A DNA stretch of 39,185 nucleotides, counting the filler, from Vannella sp. (taxonomy: Eukaryota), in NCBI GenBank assembly GCA_023345925.1. It is 4 parts of 4 records of this genome, joined end to end, with 100 filler letters (N's around TTAATTAATTAA, not from the genome) between each part and the next. Parts side by side here need not be neighbours in the genome. Positions count along the whole stretch, not along the records: positions 28,685 to 39,185 come from JAJQQN010000505.1; 3 more parts are not named here. One strand, written 5' to 3'. The notes below the pieces were generated by a model, which had not been told where the DNA came from, did no database searches, and was given only the letters and a program-made list of their open reading frames with translations. The stretch's first letter is position 1. Each line of letters starts with the position of its first letter. Position numbers and translations under genes: made by a program. Positions 32,241 to 39,185 of this stretch are shown one piece after another.

Positions 32241-33431
32241 ATGGCGATGGCCCGATTGCAACGTCCCCGTCATCAACGGCCAGTGAAGAGTAGGGCACGT
32301 GTCTATGCTGATGTTAACCAACACCGACCACGTGAATACTGGAACTACGATAGTCTGGTAGTCAATTGGGGGTACGCTTCATTTCTCCCTATTTTCTTTG
32401 GTTCGCCAACTTACCTCTCCTTCTTCCTCTGCAGTTGCCAAGACGACTACGAGATCGTCCGCAAGGTGGGACGAGGTAAATACAGTGAAGTCTTTGAAGG
32501 TGTCAACGTCAAGAAGAACGAGCGCTGCATCATCAAAATCCTCAAACCTGTGAAGAAGAAGAAGATCCGCCGCGAGATCAAAATCCTGCAGAACCTTTGT
32601 GGTGGACAGAACATCATTCAACTGTTAGATGTGGTGCGAGACCCTCAATCCAAGACCCCCTCTCTCATCTTCGAGTACGTGGACAACATCGACTTTAAGA
32701 TCCTCTATCCCACCTTCAAGGACTACGATGTTCGTTACTACATGTTTGAGTTGCTGAAGGTGAGTTTACCGCACCTCGTTGGCGTCCAAGGTAAACTAAC
32801 TTCGCGAAAGGCCTTGGATTACTGTCATGCAAACGGCATTATGCATCGGGATGTAAAGCCGCACAACGTTATGATCGACCACAAGAAGCGGAAGCTCAGG
32901 TTGATTGATTGGGGCCTGGCAGAGTTCTACCATCAGGACCAAGAGTACAACGTGCGTGTGGCTTCTCGCTACTTCAAGGGACCCGAATTGTTGGTGGACA
33001 TGCAAGATTACGACTATTCGCTTGATATCTGGAGCTTTGGCTGCATGTTCGCAGGCATGGTCTTCCGCAAAGAGCCCTTCTTCCATGGCCACGACAACCA
33101 GGATCAACTGGTGAAGATAGCCAAGGTGCTGGGAACAGCTGACTTGTACTCTTACTTGGACAAGTACGGGATCGTTTTGGATCACCATTTCCAGCAGATG
33201 ATTGGCGCCCACGCCTCCAAGGCCTGGACCAAGTTTGTCACTGCCAGTAACAAGCATTTGGCCCACTCCCTCGCGCTTGATTTCCTCGATAAGATTCTGC
33301 GATACGACCACCAGGAGAGACTGACTGCTCGAGAGGCCATGTGCCACCCCTACTTTGATGTCTTCACCAAAGGAGGGGGCGATCCTGCTTATCTTGAGAA
33401 GCAGTATGCCGAGTTGGGAATTGCTGTCTAA
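32241..33431 (+). CDS. CSNK2A: Casein kinase II catalytic (alpha) subunit; two in-frame introns, 32372-32434 and 32760-32810
   Basis: [39 protein letters not shown] and [14 protein letters not shown]. Confidence 0.97.
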   Translation: MAMARLQRPRHQRPVKSRARVYADVNQHRPREYWNYDSLVVNWGYASFLPIFFGSPTYLSFFLCSCQDDYEIVRKVGRGKYSEVFEGVNVKKNERCIIKILKPVKKKKIRREIKILQNLCGGQNIIQLLDVVRDPQSKTPSLIFEYVDNIDFKILYPTFKDYDVRYYMFELLKVSLPHLVGVQGKLTSRKALDYCHANGIMHRDVKPHNVMIDHKKRKLRLIDWGLAEFYHQDQEYNVRVASRYFKGPELLVDMQDYDYSLDIWSFGCMFAGMVFRKEPFFHGHDNQDQLVKIAKVLGTADLYSYLDKYGIVLDHHFQQMIGAHASKAWTKFVTASNKHLAHSLALDFLDKILRYDHQERLTAREAMCHPYFDVFTKGGGDPAYLEKQYAELGIAV

Positions 33432-33531
33432 TCTCCTTCCCTTTTCATCTGTACTTGAGGTGGGAATCGTTCGGCCTCATAAACCCTTCTGAAATCAGAG
33501 TAGCAACGAATGGGAGTTGTATTGATCATCT

Positions 33532-36150
33532 TCAATCCGAGTCATCGTAATACTCCGGCACGTCATCTTCATCTTCGGGTTTGTACGGAGAGTAGGCGAG
33601 AATGTCTTCTTGCTGTGGCACTCGGAGGGTCGGAGCTGGCCTACTGGAAGATTTACCACCAAAGGAAGCATCGTAGTTATCGACCAAGTCACCATTAAAG
33701 CTCTTCCATGAGCAGAGAATGGACAAAACCAAAGTGACGCCGCTTTCCCCAAAGGAGAAAATTTGAGTCTTCTCCAGTTTGTGATAGGAAAAGTGGCTCA
33801 AATCGATGACTGCTTTTCCCAAAGAAATGGACTTTCCGGGTTTCCCAGATTTTGGAGCCATCAATTGGAAGGAAACTACACGCGGTTCGAATGTGAGAGT
33901 GCGGCGATCTTGCAACATTTTGTAGTCGCAGGCGATGCAAGCATTATCCATGTTTCCATCAAACACAGCTGATCGATCCGCTTTGCAAACAATCATGCCA
34001 GTTTGATCGTTTGTGCGGTCACCTTCCTCACCAATAATGGTAAAATTCCGTTTGGATTCGTGGCGCCAAGTCACGTAAATGGATTGGTCAATGCTTGATG
34101 CGGGGAGTCCTTGGATCTCTTTAAGCCACAGGAAGAAGTTAACAACTACTTTGTTCTTTCTTCCTGCACCCGAATGATTGGGTGTAACTTGCGATGGTAA
34201 TACCCCAATGGACTCTGAAAGAAGTCCATCTCCCTCGTCTGCAAGGGGATCCCACACGAACGAGAATCCTTTAAAGAGTTCAGCGGGTACTGCTTCAACA
34301 GAGCCCTCTTCAGCTTCTTCTTCACTTCCGTCCTTCTTTCCCCTCTACAAGTTGGGTCAGTAAAGTGAAATGATTTCCTCATCATAGGGATTGTTGTGAG
34401 GTCTCACATTGATAGTTGGTCGAACAGGAGGAGGGAGCTTCTTGCCAAGAAGGGCCTTCCAATCAATATGAGAGCGGAAGAAGGGATGGTCTTGAATGTC
34501 CACAATGCCCATTGGCCCACAGCCCAAACGCTCTCGGGGATTCTTGGTGAGCAAGCCTCGAAGCAGAGAGACAGCTGTTGGTGACAGCTCTTCGTAGGAC
34601 TCAAAAGGAATCTCCAATGTTTTGATCAAATGGAAGAGGTCTGGATAGTGCTCCGACCAGAAGGGAGGTTCTTGCGTGAGCATGATGAAGAGCATAATCC
34701 CAAAGCACCAAATATCAACACAATGATCATGTCCCTCTTCTCCACTGTCCAAAATGATCTCCGGTGCCAAGTAAGTGGCTGTTCCCGAGAAGGAGTGAAT
34801 TCGCTCTCCTCGACCAGCCCGGGCTGAGAGGCCAAAGTCACTAAGTCGAACGTAGCCGTCCTCGTCAAGAAGAATGTTCTCGAGCTTCAAGTCCCGATAA
34901 ACAATATTGTTCGCATGGAGGGACTGTAAAGCAACCAACACCTGAGCAGCAAAGAATCGGGCTTCGTGCTCTGAGAAGGGAGTATCCTTCTGGACCAAAT
35001 AGTCAAACACTGTTCCTCCACCGATCCATTCCATCACCAAACTGACTTCTTTGTCTGTTTGGAATGCATGATACAACGCTGCCCTCAAATGTGAGCAACG
35101 GACATCATTTTCAGAGAGAAAGGAGAGTACGAATGACTTACAGACGATAAAAGGATGGTGAGACATGTCTCTCATGAACTCTAACTCGTGTATAACATGA
35201 CGAAGAGCATCTTCGCCGTCTGCAAGGATTGAAGTCTTTTTCATCACCTTCATCGCCATCAATTGGCCGGTCTGGCACTTGACAACCAGGTAGACCTTGC
35301 CAAAGGCTCCCTGTCCTATAACACTGACTATCTCGAAACTATCACGTGTCACGGTCCCGCTGGTGCCGCGTCCACTTCCGCCGAGCATGTCCTTGTTGCT
35401 AAGGACAATCTTAGAGCTCATCCCAGGACCTGCCACATGCGGAGCTGCAGCTTTGGGAGAGTACGCTGATCCTTTGAGGCGGAAAGCACTGGAGAGACGG
35501 GATCCCAACTTTTTGCTCTTCTCTTCGGTGGGAGGGACCCAACCCAGAGCCAACAGTTCGTTCTTGAGAGTCTCTGCACGAACCTTCTTGGCTGCAATGA
35601 TTGTGTCCAGGACGGACTGGTGCTCCAAGTAATCCAAGAGGATCTGATTGTACACGTCCTTGGCGTCGTGGACAGTCTTCAGTTGGGACAGATCAATCGG
35701 AGCCTCACATCCCAACCCCATGTCCTCCTCTTCAGGCTCCAGGATTGATCTGCGAGAGCTGCGGCGATTCTCCTTCTTCCTCCTCTTCTCCGCAGCTGCT
35801 GCCTCTGCAGCTGTTCCTGAAGCAGTTATCTGCTCCTTTATCTGCGTGTAAGAGCGAAAGACCTTCCAGAGGGTGTTAGAATATGTAAAAAGTGAGTCAA
35901 AGAGACGCACCTCTTCCAAGTCGAAGATGGCGCGATGCATCGCGCCTGTCTTTCGCTGATAGATACGATTGGCATCCACAATCATGTAAATGGTCTCTCT
36001 AAAGAACTCTTCTTTCTGGTGGGAGTTCAGCTGCTGATCGACAAAGTCCGTATCGATGCCTTGGTTCCCTTTTATCTCCTGCACCCGCGGTTTCCGCCGG
36101 AGGAGACCTCGCCTGCTCCTGTCGCTCATCAAATAATGATTATCCAACAT
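33532..36150 (-). CDS. AGC-family Ser/Thr kinase with a C-terminal NT-C2 (EEIG1/EHBP1-type) domain
   Basis: GQGAFGKV, AMKVM, YRDLKLEN, DFG and SFSGTATYLAPE. Introns 35079-35141 and 34345-34407; the latter removes the stop, restores the hydrophobic motif FKGFSF and reads into the 33532-34257 ORF (IYVTWR...AVF...LGKAVIDLS). Start at 36150 or 36129. Confidence 0.82.
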
Positions 36151-36206
36151 CAAAACTTCTTCTCAACAAGCATCGAAGTTATTGTCATCGATCTATGCAA
36201 GTTGTG

Positions 36207-36222
36207 ACCCAAAATTTTGGGT
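36207..36222. promoter_or_regulatory. 16-bp perfect palindrome in a divergent promoter
   Basis: ACCCAAAATTTTGGGT between the kinase and MMADHC starts. Near-copy CCCAAAATTTCGGG at 115-128. Confidence 0.45.
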
Positions 36223-36409
36223 GGTTTTTCTTTGGGTTCATTCTTGGGTGGCCTTGTGAGTGAGACCAGGGGCTGGTGGTCCCTCGCGTGATGATCATCA
36301 TACTCACATTATCCGAGTTATAATGACGAAAAACTTCTGTCAAAGATCACTGATCGAGTGGACCGCCAGCCGTTCTTAACTTTCATCGTGTTTTCTAACC
36401 TGTTCGCAG

Positions 36410-37018
36410 ATGGGCCGCCTCCCGATCCTGATCAAGATGAGGTTCGAACACCTGGGTATGGAATGCACCGTCCAGGAAGTACACCGAAGCGCAAAGCACG
36501 ATCTGCAGCTTGCCTTTCCCTCTTGTCAGGAGCATCTTCCCCGTCTCCTCATCCTCATCTGCTTCTGGAGAACAAGCGTCAGCTTGTTTTCTGTTGGATC
36601 TGAGGTTGTCCGAGAAAAAGATGCCCTCTTAAAGAAGGTACTGTTCTCCATGATCAATAAAACTGCTCCCTCTGACCCGATCCAGTTCTACTCTTGGGGT
36701 ACCTCTCTGGCACAACGCCTTCAACCTGCCTGGTACGAGATGGTAGATCCTAGCTCTGGTGGGCCTGTAAGAATGGACCAATACAGAAGCAACCGTGGGA
36801 GGACCTTACAAACTGGATAGATGGTTGGGAGTGGTGGATCAAGTGTCTACTCCGACGTGGAGGGTGTCCAGCAACAGCTTGGTTACCCCTCAATCTGCGT
36901 GGCTGGTTGCAGCGTGGTGGAACACCCTGAGTTTGGCTCTCATTCTTACCCAACGAGTATGTTCTGCGCCACCTCCCTTGCGGAGCTCCGAGAGGCACTC
37001 TTTTTGTTTGAAACATAA
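36410..37018 (+). CDS. MMADHC: MMADHC/CblD-like cobalamin trafficking protein (introns 36638-36685 and 36767-36820)
   Basis: EKDALLKKFYSWG..LAQRL..WYEMVDPSSGGP...LGY....AGCSVVEHPEFGSHSYPTSMF follows the CblD pattern (W.D.IDPSSG, GCC.VI.HP.WG..V...S.FT). The 5' end is uncertain. Confidence 0.8.
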
Positions 37019-37075
37019 ATGCTTGAAGATGTTGGCTACCTTTGCATCGCTAAAAGCAAATCAATGGCCGTTTAT

Positions 37076-37724
37076 TTACTGAGCGGCTTCATCTCTGGGA
37101 GCGCGTGCGGGACGTTCTCTGTTCCAGCGTTCACCACCTTCGGTAGGGCGGCCGCCCTCCTACAGGTTGTTAGATCAGAAGAAGGTTCTAGTTGGAAGAA
37201 CTCACAGGTCTGTCCCCGGAAGGCTTGAAACCTCCAGGTGCAGAGCGTCTGGCGCCACCGAAACGGTCGCCACGGTCACCACGGTCACCACGGTCACCGC
37301 GATCTCCACGGTCTGGGCGATCTCCACGCTCTCCACGCTCGGGCCGTCCACCGGTAGCAGGTCCACCAATGCGGGTGGTCTTTCGTGGCTTCAGGGTGCG
37401 GGGGATGACCTCCTCAGGAAGGTTAAGGAGTCCACGCAGGAACTCAATACCCTCATTGGTGAGGTACCAGTAGTACCATTGCCAGCAGAAAGTCTCCGTG
37501 ACGTAGCCACGCGACTTGAAGGACTGCAAAAGCTTGATAACGTACAGGTTGCGGCAGGGCAAGTGGGGATGCTTAGCAGCGTTGGTGTCCTTCTTAGCGA
37601 CCATTACACCCTCTGTTTGAGCCCAAAGACAGTCAGACCTTCAGAGACGGTTGCAAATGTCTTGAAACTCACCCTCGAAGAGGTACTTGGAGATAGCGAC
37701 GCGATCTTTGGTGGGGATGAGCAT
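37076..37724 (-). CDS. RPS10: 40S ribosomal protein S10 (eS10); introns 37613-37672 and 37160-37205
   Basis: [60 protein letters not shown] and [10 protein letters not shown]. Confidence 0.96.
37264..37340 (-). repeat. 9-bp tandem coding repeat (RGD/RGE) in the RPS10 tail
   Basis: CCACGGTCA-type units encode [26 protein letters not shown]. Confidence 0.85.
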
Positions 37725-38077
37725 GCCGAACCTCAACCAACAAGACGAAAAAGGGCTCCTTTGATGATTTTACAGAAGAAACGAAAATTCTGACGAAAAT
37801 TTTCATTGAATGAAAAATCAATCACAATCCTCTTGCCCCGGCAACTGGACAGCTCGGAGATTATCAGAGCAAGGGGCCACTTGATAGTAGTCGCACCTTC
37901 ACTTCCTCTCCAAAAGTAACGATGACAACGGTAGGGTCCACATGATTACTGTTTCAAGTGGATCAGATACGTTTCACACAGACAATTCCACTCCCCCTCG
38001 CAATACCCTCGTTTCCGGGAAGGCAATGATCTATTTAAAAGAAGTGCATCAAGCATTCGCATTGGCTCTCTTGAACT

Positions 38078-39185
38078 TCACAGGGAGGGATCCGTTGTAA
38101 AGAACTGATCAATGTGATTCTTGTCTGCGTACTGAAGGTGCTCGTACTTGTTCCGAATGAACGCTTCTCTCTCCAATCGAGTGGCAGTTGGCGTCGGTTT
38201 TAGCCCATCTGGAAGATCCTTTTCGAAAAGGCAGTTCATTTCGTTGTTTGTCTTGCCCTCCAAGAACTGCATGATCAGTGAGTCGAGGACCATTGCAAAA
38301 GGGAGAAGATTGCTCACTTGAACCGCTTCGGGCTCCCATCTGTCAAGGGTTATGGATCGCACTTTGGAGATGTGAGCACCAAGGCTTCGATGTACGCCTG
38401 CACAGTCAATGCAGATGAAAACACCTAGGTTGATGGAGACCCAGTCCGGTTCTGGAGCGTCACAGTCGGCACAGTTTTTTGAGAATTGTTGGATGGCTTT
38501 CACTTGGTCTAGATTGTCGCATAGTTCTTCAGAAGTGAGTGCACTCACATGTTGAGAGGTTGCTGCTTGAACAGATTGAGGCAACTGGTGATACACTTTC
38601 TCGCTTGCCATCCGAATTTGTAGGATCCACTCCTCTTGTTCTGATTTGCTATTTGCTTGGAAGTGCCAAGTGCGATTGGGAGTCACCACATCGAAGTATG
38701 GGTCTCCCAAAGGAGAACTCTTTGCTGTGCAAAGGAGGAGATTGATACATCCAAGTGGTTGAGTGTCCTATTCGATATGTGAGATTGAGCGAGTCTTCTT
38801 TTGCAAGCTCTAACCAATTCAGAGGGATAATACTTCAGGTAGTCATTTTTGATGATGGCCCAGCGCTGTCGATAGGGTTTCATCCCCTTTTTCCCTTGCT
38901 TTTGCAGATAGCCTTGATAAGCAACACCTTCTGGAAAGTCGCATGGCTGTTTTGGAGTGACAAATTAGGTTAACATGATGTTCATTGGAGTCAGCGGCGA
39001 CCTACAGAGCCGATGACGGGCATCACTCGCTCGCCTGATAGAACCTGATCCATAAGGGCTTGACTATTATTGGACATTGCAACGATCCATTCGTCTCTAC
39101 TTTCATCACTTTCGGCCACAAACCAATAGCTACGATTGGGAGTGACTAATTCAATGGCGTGTGGCCGAATTGCCGATGTCTTGGC
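38078..39185 (-). CDS. PH-domain-containing ArfGAP (centaurin-like), 5' truncated, multi-exon
   Basis: Two PH-domain segments ([23 protein letters not shown] and [23 protein letters not shown]) precede [35 protein letters not shown]. The 3' end may extend through further exons. Confidence 0.88.

Noticed and set aside
32372..32810. Novel insertions in the CK2 kinase domain (and similarly in the AGC kinase at 35079-35141)
   Set aside because: They are stop-free introns of 3n length with canonical GT-AG ends. Removing them restores the conserved sequence.

Overview
This is eukaryotic nuclear DNA from a gene-dense protist with short (about 42-70 nt) GT-AG introns. An amoebozoan origin is an inference from the RasG-like Ras, PIWI-clade Argonaute, SHAQKYF Myb and NT-C2 domain. 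The window is four unlinked contigs (1-12037, 12138-22335, 22436-28584, 28685-39185) joined by artificial 100-nt N/TTAATTAATTAA/N linkers, so neighbourhoods across linkers mean nothing. Recognisable genes: SHAQKYF Myb, SRP68, an FHOD-type GBD/FH3 protein, VPS15, PIWI-clade Argonaute, MON2, two Zn-dependent alcohol dehydrogenases, Ran, MSH3, Ras, a C2H2+PHD protein, CK2 alpha, an AGC kinase fused to an NT-C2 domain, MMADHC/CblD, RPS10 and a PH-ArfGAP. The most notable unannotated signals are a 78-bp MITE-like element with a perfect 8-bp target-site duplication, a spliced degenerate HNH-like zinc protein, the AGC kinase/NT-C2 fusion, an FHOD-like protein without FH1/FH2, palindrome clusters in divergent promoters, and frequent AAG/GAG splice acceptors. 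I found no convincing multi-gene novel system. Gene models were spliced by eye.
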